Positions 1 through 8,844 of a DNA stretch of 64,000 nt are shown in pieces. Under the pieces are notes generated by a model, which had not been told where the DNA came from, ran no database searches, and saw only the letters and a program-made list of their open reading frames with translations. Origin of the DNA: Deltaproteobacteria bacterium (GTDB taxonomy: Bacteria > SAR324 > XYD2-FULL-50-16). The DNA lies in contig JABGPJ010000083.1 of assembly GCA_018645005.1 (NCBI GenBank), forward strand, positions 585 through 64,584. The letters run 5' to 3'. The position numbers and the translations under genes were made by a program. Every line of letters starts with the position of its first letter. Within the stretch, counting starts at the first letter, position 1.

Positions 1-87
1 GCTGATACCGTTTTGGGGCTACTAATTTCCAGTATTTTGGGAATACTCTATTCCTTCTGCATTGCCATCACCATCTGGGTATGCTGA
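1..87 (+). CDS. 3' end of an unidentified membrane protein (partial, runs off the window start)
   Basis: The frame is open from base 1 to TGA at 85-87. It translates to ADTVLGLLISSILGILYSFCIAITIWVC, a hydrophobic helix-like tail. It is too short for a family call. Confidence 0.25.
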   Translation, partial: ADTVLGLLISSILGILYSFCIAITIWVC

Positions 88-279
88 TACGGGAGTTGAA
101 ATACGTGGTTGGCATATATGGACAATTGGACAAAGTCGCCAGAGAATAGAGACAATGCTGAAATTGTTGCAGACCCGGAAATTTCTGCACTGGTACTCAT
201 TTGCTCGGTTTACTCTTTGATAAAATAGCAGTCAGCTTTAATCTCTATTTTTGTAATCCCAGGAGGATTGCTAAAGTTC

Positions 280-1188
280 ATGAAAAAACAACTGGTAAAA
301 AGGAAGCATGTCTTGGACGCAACCGCCATGGTAATGCTGGTTGTGTTATGTGCAAGCTGGGGCATACAGCAGGTCTCAATCAAGTACGCTAACCAGGGTA
401 TATCGCCGATTCTACAATCGGGTCTCCGATCAGTTTTCGCAACGATTCTGATTTGGATATGGATGATCGCAAGACGGCAACGGATTCTTGAGAAAGATGG
501 CACTCTTTGGTGGGGAATTGCTGCAGGTCTACTGTTTACAGGTGAATTCCTGCTGATTTACTGGGGACTTGATTTTACCTATGCATCCCGCTCCGCTATC
601 TTCCTGTATTTGTCTCCTTTTGTGGTCGCAATTGGATCGCAGCTCTTTATCCCCGGGGAGCGCCTACGGAAAATACAAGTCATTGGTCTTTGTTGCGCAT
701 TTGTAGGTATTGTGGTCACTTTTGGTGAATCTTTAACGCTGCCAACCAATAAAGTATTAATTGGTGACGGTATGCTGGTTATTGCTGCAGTGTTATGGGG
801 AGCTACTACAGTGCTGATCAAGGCAAGTCCACTTGCCCAGATCGCGCCCAGCAAAACACTTCTTTATCAATTAGGGATTTCTGCCGTTATCCTGCCCTTC
901 GGATCCCTGGCGATCGGCGAGCCCGGTATTGTTAAAATCACACCGTTGATTGGCATTTGTCTCGTTTACCAAATTGTGTGGGTGGCGTTTGTAACCTATC
1001 TTCTCTGGTTTTGGTTAATCCGCAACTATCCTGTTGCCCGCTTGACGTCATTTACCTTTCTGACCCCTCTTTTTGGCGTGATTGCAGGGGGTTTATTGTT
1101 GAATGAAGCCATCACAAGTTCTTTGCTACTGGCGCTTGTACTTGTAGCGATCGGCATTTTCCTGGTGAATAGACCCCTGCGCAATTGA
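280..1188 (+). CDS. EamA/DMT-superfamily permease
   Basis: Long ORF with about 10 hydrophobic segments arranged as two EamA-like halves. AGGAGG lies at 261-266. I prefer ATG 280 to the TTG at 268 used by the ORF track, which sits 1 nt after the SD. Confidence 0.8.
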   Translation: MKKQLVKRKHVLDATAMVMLVVLCASWGIQQVSIKYANQGISPILQSGLRSVFATILIWIWMIARRQRILEKDGTLWWGIAAGLLFTGEFLLIYWGLDFTYASRSAIFLYLSPFVVAIGSQLFIPGERLRKIQVIGLCCAFVGIVVTFGESLTLPTNKVLIGDGMLVIAAVLWGATTVLIKASPLAQIAPSKTLLYQLGISAVILPFGSLAIGEPGIVKITPLIGICLVYQIVWVAFVTYLLWFWLIRNYPVARLTSFTFLTPLFGVIAGGLLLNEAITSSLLLALVLVAIGIFLVNRPLRN

Positions 1189-1308
1189 AATAATCAGACG
1201 AGTGTTGCTGTTGAATGATATAATGGTTGATTTTTTTTGTTCAAAGGTTAACATCCAGGAAACTGAAAATCGATTTTCTTTTCATTTGGCTTTTCTCCCG
1301 GAGATAAT

Positions 1309-2247
1309 ATGAAAAAGTTTCTTAAAGTATTGGCAGGCATCATTATCCTGATACTTGTTGCCATGATTGCCAGTTATTTGGTCTCTGTTGGTAAACTTGA
1401 AAAGTTGACCCCTGAAGTCAGAAAAAGCTTACCCGGAGATTTTATCAAAATAAAAGATGGCGTGATTAGTTATTTTTGGAAAGGCCCTGTCGGCGGCAAT
1501 ATCGTCGTTCTGGTTCATGGTTTGTCGACACCGAAATTCGTCTGGGATGGAAATGTTGATGCATTGACGGCAGCCGGAAACAGGGTTCTGGCTTTTGATC
1601 ATTTAGGCAGGGGGTTTTCCGATCGACCAGATATCATCTACAACGCTGAACATTATGATCGCGAATTGCTTGGACTCCTGGATGCTCTTGAAGTTAAAAC
1701 TCCTGTTAATCTGGTGGGTTATTCAATGGGTGGAGGCAATGTTATTGGATTTGCTGCCCGTCATCCAGACCGAGTCAAAAAACTGATCTTGATCGCACCT
1801 GCAGGCTATGTTCCCAAGTATTCTGGCTTGGCAGCTTTGGTGCTGATCCCCGGCCTCGGGGACTGGCTCATGACAATGATGGGAAAGGACGCTATGCTTG
1901 ATGCCATCAAGAAAGAGGTTGATGCAGGATTTGCACTGCCGAATATGGTAGAAAAATTCGAGACGCAATTTAAATATCGGGGTTACCTGCCTTCAATTCT
2001 TTCGACTATGAGACATTACCCTATGTATGATCTTGGAGATTCTTATGAAAAAGTAGGCAGGCTGGGTATCCCCACATTTGCGATCTGGGGAACTAAAGAT
2101 TCTATGGTCCCTTTTGATGGGGTTGAAAGAGTGAAAAAAGCGATTCCCCATGTAAGAATATTTCCGGTTGAAGGTGCCGAACATTCTGTCACTTATGCCA
2201 AAGCAGCAGAGGTGAATCGAATTCTGATCGAAGTACTGAGTGAGTAA
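1309..2247 (+). CDS. alpha/beta-fold hydrolase with N-terminal membrane anchor
   Basis: 312-aa ORF with an HG oxyanion motif (VLVHGLS), nucleophile elbow GYSMGG and a C-terminal GAEH histidine motif. The N-terminal segment is hydrophobic. GGAG lies upstream of the ATG. Confidence 0.8.
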   Translation: MKKFLKVLAGIIILILVAMIASYLVSVGKLEKLTPEVRKSLPGDFIKIKDGVISYFWKGPVGGNIVVLVHGLSTPKFVWDGNVDALTAAGNRVLAFDHLGRGFSDRPDIIYNAEHYDRELLGLLDALEVKTPVNLVGYSMGGGNVIGFAARHPDRVKKLILIAPAGYVPKYSGLAALVLIPGLGDWLMTMMGKDAMLDAIKKEVDAGFALPNMVEKFETQFKYRGYLPSILSTMRHYPMYDLGDSYEKVGRLGIPTFAIWGTKDSMVPFDGVERVKKAIPHVRIFPVEGAEHSVTYAKAAEVNRILIEVLSE

Positions 2248-2259
2248 GTGCTCGTCTTA

Positions 2260-2595
2260 TCACTTGAACCGGCCGGCATCGATCTCGATGATATTGCCGT
2301 GGCTGAAGCTTGTGGAGCGGCTTTTGAAAACGAACACACGTCCCCGGTACCATCCTTTTTCCGGCAATTTGGCTTGGCAAATTCCAGGCTCAAGCAGGAT
2401 CAGTTTTAACTGTCCAAGTTCTTGTATGAACTGAAAATTTTTGTCGGCGGGGTGCAGTTCGATAACAGCGACCGGGTGACCTGCAAGGGGAAATCGTTCA
2501 TAATGGTCACAGGCTTCCTCTGCCCCGAATAACGGTGTAGTAAGCAAAATAAGACTGAATGCCAGCACAGATCTGAGAATCAATTGAGATCTCAT
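2260..2595 (-). CDS. hypothetical exported protein
   Basis: 111-aa ORF with a signal-peptide-like N-terminus (MRSQLILRSVLAFSLILLTTPLFGAEE). No recognisable family. Confidence 0.5.
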   Translation of the reverse strand: MRSQLILRSVLAFSLILLTTPLFGAEEACDHYERFPLAGHPVAVIELHPADKNFQFIQELGQLKLILLEPGICQAKLPEKGWYRGRVFVFKSRSTSFSHGNIIEIDAGRFK

Positions 2596-2692
2596 TTACA
2601 GTTATGTATTCAATTTAATGCTTGATGTCTGACGGCGACACCCCTGAAGAGTTCCCTTGGGGAGCAACCCATTCCATAATAGTTTGACGATA

Positions 2693-3898
2693 TTATTGAA
2701 TAAGTCCAAGGGTTTCCCTGGCGATTTTCAGCTCTTCATCGGTTGGAATGATGAAAATGCGAATGGGTGAGACGTCAGTTTGAATTTCCCTGGATTTGTT
2801 GGCCCCGGATTTGTTTTTTGCCTTGTCAAGTACGATTCCAAGCTTTTCCAGTCCCTTACAGACCTGTGCACGGATCTCCGGTGCATGCTCTCCGATTCCC
2901 GCAGTGAAAATGATAGCATCAACTTCCCCCAGGACTGCCAAATAGGCCCCGATGTATTTTTTGATGCGGTAAGTATACATTTCCAAAGCTGTTTGGGCCC
3001 TTTCATCTCCCTTTTTTGCAGCCGTCATTATATCCCTCATATCGTTCAAGTCACAGATCCCTTTCAATCCACTTTGTTTGTTCAGCAGGGTGTTAATCTC
3101 TGCGATAGACATACTGGAGTTTTCTACCAGAAAGTACGGAATCGAGGGATCAATATCACCGCTGCGAGTTCCCATAATCAGCCCTTCCAGTGGAGTCATT
3201 CCCATCGATGTGTCGACACTTTTACCTTTTTCGATTGCCGTCATGCTGCCGCCGTTTCCCAAATGAATCGTGATGAGATTCAGATCAGAGAGTGGTTTAT
3301 TCAGTAAACGGGCGGTCTCTTCGGCCACAAAGTGATGAGATGTGCCATGAAACCCATAACGTCGTATTTTCAGAGAGGAGTAAAGCTCATACGGCAAGGC
3401 GTAAAGATAGGCTTTCGGAGGAATGCTGTGGTGAAAAGCGGTATCGAAAACTGCTACCTGACTTGCGGACGGAAAAATTTTCCGGGCGACCTCGATCCCA
3501 AGAATGTTAGCAGGATTGTGCAAAGGGGCCAAAGGAATGTTTTCTCTGATCGCGTCAAGCACCTGATCATTGATAATTGTTGGCTCCCAGAAGGTTTCTG
3601 CTCCATGAACCACTCGGTGTCCGACAGCATCGATTTCAGATACATCTCTAATGACACCTGTTTCCGGATCGGTCAACAGAGAAACAATCGTGTTCAATCC
3701 TTCAGTATGATTCAAGATTGGATTATATTGAACGCTTTCGTTTTCTGACGTGCCACTGAGAACGACATGGGTGTGACGGCCGCGGTCAGATTCCCCGATT
3801 TTTTCGAGGTTGCCATAGGCCAGGACCGTATTGTTATCTATAGAAAAAAGTTTGTACTTGATAGAAGAACTGCCAGTGTTGATGACAAGAATTTTCAT
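2693..3898 (-). CDS. ackA: acetate kinase
   Basis: 401 aa with the N-terminal MKILVINTGSSSIKYKLF signature, plus the GFHGTSH and IHLGNGGS motifs typical of AckA. Confidence 0.93.
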   Translation of the reverse strand: MKILVINTGSSSIKYKLFSIDNNTVLAYGNLEKIGESDRGRHTHVVLSGTSENESVQYNPILNHTEGLNTIVSLLTDPETGVIRDVSEIDAVGHRVVHGAETFWEPTIINDQVLDAIRENIPLAPLHNPANILGIEVARKIFPSASQVAVFDTAFHHSIPPKAYLYALPYELYSSLKIRRYGFHGTSHHFVAEETARLLNKPLSDLNLITIHLGNGGSMTAIEKGKSVDTSMGMTPLEGLIMGTRSGDIDPSIPYFLVENSSMSIAEINTLLNKQSGLKGICDLNDMRDIMTAAKKGDERAQTALEMYTYRIKKYIGAYLAVLGEVDAIIFTAGIGEHAPEIRAQVCKGLEKLGIVLDKAKNKSGANKSREIQTDVSPIRIFIIPTDEELKIARETLGLIQ

Positions 3899-4101
3899 GA
3901 GCGTCCTTTTTCAGCCTGTGCCTGAATCGTTGAACCGCTTTGAGGCTCAACCGCAGAAATATATAATAGGTTCTTCGACATTGAAAATAATCTTGTTAAA
4001 ATTGTGAAAAAAGTCGTGGCGGGATGCAGACAATTTTTGGGATATTGCCTGAGTAAAGGATTTGGGTTGAAATGGGGGAACTCATGTAGCTATCAAATCA
4101 T

Positions 4102-4284
4102 TTAAGCACCAGGTTTTGAATGGGGTTTCTCTGAGTCATTATCTACAGGTTTGTCGGAGGCCGGATTATGGGCTCTTTTAATGAAAAGAAGATCGGTGTT
4201 GGGAAGCAGGTGCGTGACAATGACAACAATAGAAAATAGAAACGAAATGAGACTGAATTTGATAAGATAGATCTTATTTTTCAT
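4102..4284 (-). CDS. hypothetical small membrane protein
   Basis: 60-aa ORF with one strongly hydrophobic helix (FSLISFLFSIVVIVTHLL) and a polar tail. No clear SD. It sits in a long intergenic region. Confidence 0.3.
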   Translation of the reverse strand: MKNKIYLIKFSLISFLFSIVVIVTHLLPNTDLLFIKRAHNPASDKPVDNDSEKPHSKPGA

Positions 4285-4774
4285 AATTAGCCGGTTTTAA
4301 TCTTGGTATCTGAAAATTGAACAGGTAGCTTGTTTCCTTTTTTCGCGAAAAGACAATCACAGCCCGTCTTTGACTGTTTTCATCAGCTTCATTATTCCAG
4401 TCTTTTGAGCCAGAATATCAGATTGAGTAAATTTTTCAACCCATCTTTTTTCTTTCGCGAACGAACAGAAATTTTGATTGAAAAAATTTCCGCAACGATA
4501 TTGTCTTTTGTGATGCCTTACAATAAACACTCTGATAGAAAAAGTCCCTCTTTTTTTGAAGAATAATTACTTTTACTTTTTCGTCATAATAGGATCAAAT
4601 AGCAGACGAAGTTCGGTTATAAAATTCGATTGGGGCAACCGGAATAAACTTCGGGAACCTAACGGATACGCTGCCTCTAATTGTAATAAGTTACTGATAA
4701 AATAGTGAGAAATCAAAGCAGGTGCATAGAGCTCAATTCTTGACCCGGTAATAGCGACACCCTGAAAGTAAAAT

Positions 4775-6121
4775 ATGGACAAAAAACAGACGCTTTCCAT
4801 TCCACACGATATAGAAGCGGAACAGGCCTTACTTGGGGCAGTTCTCGAAAATAATAACGCATTGGATGAGATAGCAAGCATCTTGAAACCGAATTCATTT
4901 TACAAACCATCCCATCAACATATATTTCGGGCGATGCTGGAATTGGCTGAACTTCAGCAACCCATCGACGAGGTGATTCTGGGTGATCAACTTCGCTCTT
5001 TAAATCAACTGAATGATGCAGGTGGATACGCTTATCTGGCAGAATTAGTAGAATGCGTGCCGAGTTCTGGAAATGTTGTTTACTATGCTAAAATTATTCA
5101 GGAACACGCTTTATTGCGGGATCTCATCCAGACAACCACTGACATCGGACGCAAGAGCCGGGATCCAGAACAGAATATTTCAGAACTCCTGTCCGAGGCC
5201 GAAATTCAGATCGGTGAGATCGCAACCCGGTCGACGGATAAGAAATATGATCATATCAAAGATATTCTGGCATCGAGCTTTAAACGGCTGGAGAAAATAT
5301 CTGAAACGACGGATGAAGTCACCGGAATCCCGTCCGGTTTTATTGATCTTGATCGCTTTACATCCGGTCTGCAAAATTCGGATTTAATTATCGTTGCTGC
5401 CCGTCCTTCAATGGGAAAGACGGCTTTGGCATTGAACATCGCCACCTATGTGGCAACACGGGCTGAAGAAAAAGGTGCGATTTTGATTTTCAGTATGGAG
5501 ATGTCAAAGGAGCAGCTGGCAATCAGGATGCTGACAGCGGAATCCAAGGTGGACAGCAAGAAACTACGAGCCGGAAACCTGGGGCAGGAAGATTGGGATA
5601 AGCTCGCCATGGCAACTGACAAGCTGTCGGTCGTACCTCTTTTTATCAATGATGCGACAAACCTGTCTCCCTATGAACTCACAACGATTGCCAAGCAGTT
5701 GAATAAAGAGTTCACGAATGGCATCTCTCTGATTATCATCGACTACCTCCAGCTAATGAAAGGCAATCGCCCAAATATGCCCCGGGAACAGGAAATTGCT
5801 GAAGTCTCCCGTTCACTGAAAGGGCTGGCTAAGGAATTGGATATTCCAGTTATTGCCCTGTCTCAGCTGAACCGGGCTCTGGAAAATCGAAGCGATAAAC
5901 ATCCGCAATTATCCGATTTAAGGGAATCGGGATCTATTGAACAGGATGCCGATATTATTCTTTTTATTTACCGAGATGAAGTTTATAATGAGGATTCACC
6001 GGATAAGGGAATCGCTGAGATCATTATTTCCAAACATCGTAACGGACCGACGGGTGTTATTCGGGTTGCGTTCATTGGCAAATACACGAAATTCGCCAAT
6101 CTATCCAGGCAGGAACCGTAA
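4775..6121 (+). CDS. dnaB: replicative DNA helicase DnaB
   Basis: 448 aa. The N-terminal PHDIEAEQALLGAVL motif, Walker A ARPSMGKTALALNIA, and the IIIDYLQLM and LSQLNRALE motifs are present. Confidence 0.95.
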   Translation: MDKKQTLSIPHDIEAEQALLGAVLENNNALDEIASILKPNSFYKPSHQHIFRAMLELAELQQPIDEVILGDQLRSLNQLNDAGGYAYLAELVECVPSSGNVVYYAKIIQEHALLRDLIQTTTDIGRKSRDPEQNISELLSEAEIQIGEIATRSTDKKYDHIKDILASSFKRLEKISETTDEVTGIPSGFIDLDRFTSGLQNSDLIIVAARPSMGKTALALNIATYVATRAEEKGAILIFSMEMSKEQLAIRMLTAESKVDSKKLRAGNLGQEDWDKLAMATDKLSVVPLFINDATNLSPYELTTIAKQLNKEFTNGISLIIIDYLQLMKGNRPNMPREQEIAEVSRSLKGLAKELDIPVIALSQLNRALENRSDKHPQLSDLRESGSIEQDADIILFIYRDEVYNEDSPDKGIAEIIISKHRNGPTGVIRVAFIGKYTKFANLSRQEP

Positions 6122-6604
6122 ATGCAGGAATATTATCCGGAACATCGATTTTTCAAAGCGGAAAAGGTTATTGAAAAAGTTCTGAAGCAGAACAACCTGC
6201 AAGAGGTGCTCTATTACACAAAAATCCTTAAACACTGGGAATTAATCATTGGAAAGCCGCTTTCAAAAAAGGCAGTGCCACTTAAGCTGCAGAAAAAAGT
6301 TCTCTTCATCGGTGTCGTAGACTCAGCATATTCCCATCATTTGCGATTCTACGAACCCAATATTTTAGAATTGATCGCTTCTCCTGAAATATGTGGTGAT
6401 GGGGCCGTGAAAAAAATAGTTTTCAGGACGACCCGGAAACGTACCGCTCAGAACAACCCTTCGGCACCACACTTAAAAACAGGCGCGCAAAATACACTCA
6501 GTAAAGCGGACAGTGTTCGGGCTGAAAAAACATCGTTGCAAATTAAGGATCAACGCCTTAAAAAAATCTTTTCGCGCTATATGGCAAAAACCATTTCTAA
6601 ATAG
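6122..6604 (+). CDS. dciA: DUF721/DciA-like protein (putative helicase operator)
   Basis: 160 aa. The core W.LIIGKPLSKKAVPLKLQKKVLFIGVVDSAYSHHLRFYEPNILELI matches the DUF721 pattern (W..ivG..l...t.p..l..g.L.v.v.s..w...L). Its ATG directly abuts the dnaB TAA. Confidence 0.7.
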   Translation: MQEYYPEHRFFKAEKVIEKVLKQNNLQEVLYYTKILKHWELIIGKPLSKKAVPLKLQKKVLFIGVVDSAYSHHLRFYEPNILELIASPEICGDGAVKKIVFRTTRKRTAQNNPSAPHLKTGAQNTLSKADSVRAEKTSLQIKDQRLKKIFSRYMAKTISK

Positions 6605-6635
6605 ATAGGCAAACCTCGAATTTAACCATCTGCCA

Positions 6636-7457
6636 GTGAATCGATCAAAGAATAAAAAAAAACAACCTTTTGCCAGAAAAAGATTTGGTCAACATTTTCT
6701 GAACGACAGATCAATTATCGATCAGATTGTTACCGGCGCTGGCGTATCCGCTGAAGACCACGTGATAGAAGTCGGGCCGGGTCGCGGCGCTTTGACGCGG
6801 CCATTGTTAGCGCAGGGGGCTTTATTGACAGCCGTGGAGCTGGACTGGGATCTGGTGGAAGGCCTTAAATCCAAGTTTGAAGGACAGGACCGAATTCAGA
6901 TCGTGGAAGGGGATATTCTAAAGATAGACTGGAGTACGATCATCCACTCGCAGAAAAAAAGTAAGATAGTCGCAAATCTGCCGTATAATATTTCCACACC
7001 CATTTTCTTCAAGTTTGTTACCCACCGCCATCAGTTGGGCTCCATTGTGATCATGGTGCAAAAAGAACTTGCCCAGCGACTCTATCATACTGGAGAAGGG
7101 TCAAAGCTGAAGGATTATGGGATCTTATCGGTTGTTGCAGCCAATACGTTTACAGTTCAAAAGGTGTGTGACGTGCCGGCTTCTTGCTTTTCGCCGCAGC
7201 CAAAAGTAGATTCAATGGTGATTCGGTTGTTGCCAAAAAGAGTTGATATTAAAGAGGAAGGGCGATTTTTTGAATTTGTACGACGGGCGTTCAACAATCG
7301 ACGGAAGTTGTTCGTCTCCTTTTTGAAAAGGGAGCATTCAGCGCTTTATGAAGCTCTCCCACTTCCTGAACGAGAGTATTTGACGGGGCTGCGTCCTGAA
7401 AATCTGTTACCGGAGCAATATTTGAGGTTGTTCCAGGGACAGCCCTTTCTGGACTGA
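6636..7457 (+). CDS. rsmA: 16S rRNA (adenine1518/1519-N6)-dimethyltransferase
   Basis: 273 aa with the FGQHFL motif, SAM-binding VIEVGPGRGALT and the ANLPYNIS motif. GTG start. Confidence 0.92.
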   Translation: MNRSKNKKKQPFARKRFGQHFLNDRSIIDQIVTGAGVSAEDHVIEVGPGRGALTRPLLAQGALLTAVELDWDLVEGLKSKFEGQDRIQIVEGDILKIDWSTIIHSQKKSKIVANLPYNISTPIFFKFVTHRHQLGSIVIMVQKELAQRLYHTGEGSKLKDYGILSVVAANTFTVQKVCDVPASCFSPQPKVDSMVIRLLPKRVDIKEEGRFFEFVRRAFNNRRKLFVSFLKREHSALYEALPLPEREYLTGLRPENLLPEQYLRLFQGQPFLD

Positions 7458-7462
7458 GATGC

Positions 7463-7816
7463 TCAATCCGTAAAATCGTTGGCGAACACTTCCGAGAAAT
7501 CCATGACAGAGAAGGGTTCCATCTTTATACCGATGCTGCTCTTACGGATCCAGATCTTGACTATATTAAAGGCCGTCCCATCATTTTGCGTCACTGTTTT
7601 CACATTCTCAGCAAAAACCACATCCTTGGTTTTGAACTCCAAAAATGCACCGTTGCTTGACAGCGGATTTAGGCGGATATAAATTTTATCCGGCTGATTT
7701 TCTTGTTGTTTGGGCTGCCCGATAAAAGGAATCGCTTCTTTGGTCAAGCGATTGGGATCGCTATATTTTTCAAGTTTTCGGTTTTCGGCGATTACTTCAA
7801 TAATATCAGATGGCAA
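7463..7816 (-). CDS. hypothetical protein
   Basis: 117-aa ORF at the end of a long minus-strand gene run. No recognisable motif. It converges on rsmA with a 5-nt gap. Confidence 0.45.
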   Translation of the reverse strand: MPSDIIEVIAENRKLEKYSDPNRLTKEAIPFIGQPKQQENQPDKIYIRLNPLSSNGAFLEFKTKDVVFAENVKTVTQNDGTAFNIVKIWIRKSSIGIKMEPFSVMDFSEVFANDFTD

Positions 7817-7965
7817 TTCTTTCTCCTGGGTTCAATTAGACGTTAAAAATGGGTGTGGTTATCCGTGTTTCCTCATCGATCTCTACCTGTTTTATAGCAT
7901 AGTTTAGGCAATTCTAGCAATCTTGAATCTGAGGAATCCTTTCCCAATAGTATTGATCAACAGGA

Positions 7966-8721
7966 CTATATGGGATTGGGGATGTCAATGAAATCTACAT
8001 TAAGCTGGGAATGCTCCTCCAGGTGCCTGCCCAAAGCTTGAATCCCAAATGTTTCTGTCGCATAATGCCCGGCACTGACGAAATGAACGCCATATTCACG
8101 ACTCATGGCAAAATTCTGTTCACTAATTTCCCCTGTCAGAAAACAGTCAGCTCCCGCTTCAATGGCTTCAAGAAAATATCCCTGAGCACCTCCGGTCACT
8201 ATAGCGACATGTTTTATGTTTTCAGGTCCATAGGGTAAGGTCAGAGGTGGTCTTTTCAAGACCTTCTCTACGTGCTGGGTAAATGCGTCGATTGTTTTGA
8301 GACTGGTAGTGCCCATAACACCTTCTGCGTATTTGGGAGTTTGAGCAAATGGGCGCAAATCTTTCAGTCCAATTTTAATAGCCAATTGCATATTGTTTCC
8401 CAACTCCGGATGAAAATCAAGTGGCAGATGATACGCGGCTGCCGCAATACCTTGATTCAGAAGAAGGTGAATTTTCTGTTTTAATGGTCCCCGAATGATA
8501 TGTTTGTCTTTGTCCCAAATCAGACCATGATGGGTGATAATCAGATCTGCATCTGCCTTGACAGCTTTTTCTATAAATTCCAGCGAAATAGAAACACCAA
8601 TAGCTACTTTTCTGACTTGCCTGTTATCCCCTTCAATTTGAAGACCGTTTGGACAATAGTCCTTGACGTTTTCAATTTTCAGCAGTTCATTACACTGTTT
8701 GATAATTTCAGATTGGTTCAT
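7966..8721 (-). CDS. Nif3-family dinuclear-metal-centre protein (YbgI-like)
   Basis: 251 aa with NGLQIEG, ITHHGLIW and SAGHYATE motifs characteristic of NIF3/GTP cyclohydrolase I type 2 homologs. Confidence 0.88.
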   Translation of the reverse strand: MNQSEIIKQCNELLKIENVKDYCPNGLQIEGDNRQVRKVAIGVSISLEFIEKAVKADADLIITHHGLIWDKDKHIIRGPLKQKIHLLLNQGIAAAAYHLPLDFHPELGNNMQLAIKIGLKDLRPFAQTPKYAEGVMGTTSLKTIDAFTQHVEKVLKRPPLTLPYGPENIKHVAIVTGGAQGYFLEAIEAGADCFLTGEISEQNFAMSREYGVHFVSAGHYATETFGIQALGRHLEEHSQLNVDFIDIPNPI

Positions 8722-8844
8722 GATGTTTAAAACGTTGAATTTGATAATCTCGAGTGGTTATCCGAAGATGTTCAATTTTGATCTCAATGTGCGACACCGT
8801 TCTTTTCCTAAAAAGATCTAAGCTTTTTTTAGTCTTTTCTGTGA

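Noticed and set aside
51-200. 49-aa minus-strand ORF divergent from the EamA gene (MSTSAEISGSATISALSLF...)
   Set aside because: It is short, has no SD and no motif, and partly overlaps the more convincing hydrophobic C-terminal coding frame on the plus strand (1-87). The support is insufficient.
2780-3748. Several plus-strand ORFs (175, 72 and 138 aa) from the track
   Set aside because: All are antisense shadow ORFs within ackA, whose protein signature is unambiguous.
4285-4774. Replication origin next to dnaB
   Set aside because: I found no cluster of DnaA boxes (TTATCCACA or close variants) and no adjacent AT-rich 13-mer-like repeats. Isolated TTATCC-containing sites occur elsewhere (for example 7863, 8768) but are not clustered.
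4330-4881. Track ORFs 4330-4566 (+) and 4573-4881 / 4713-4910 (-)
   Set aside because: Their translations are low-complexity (F/S/L-rich) with no SD or motif. The minus-strand ones overlap the dnaB start region. They are most likely non-coding leader or promoter DNA.
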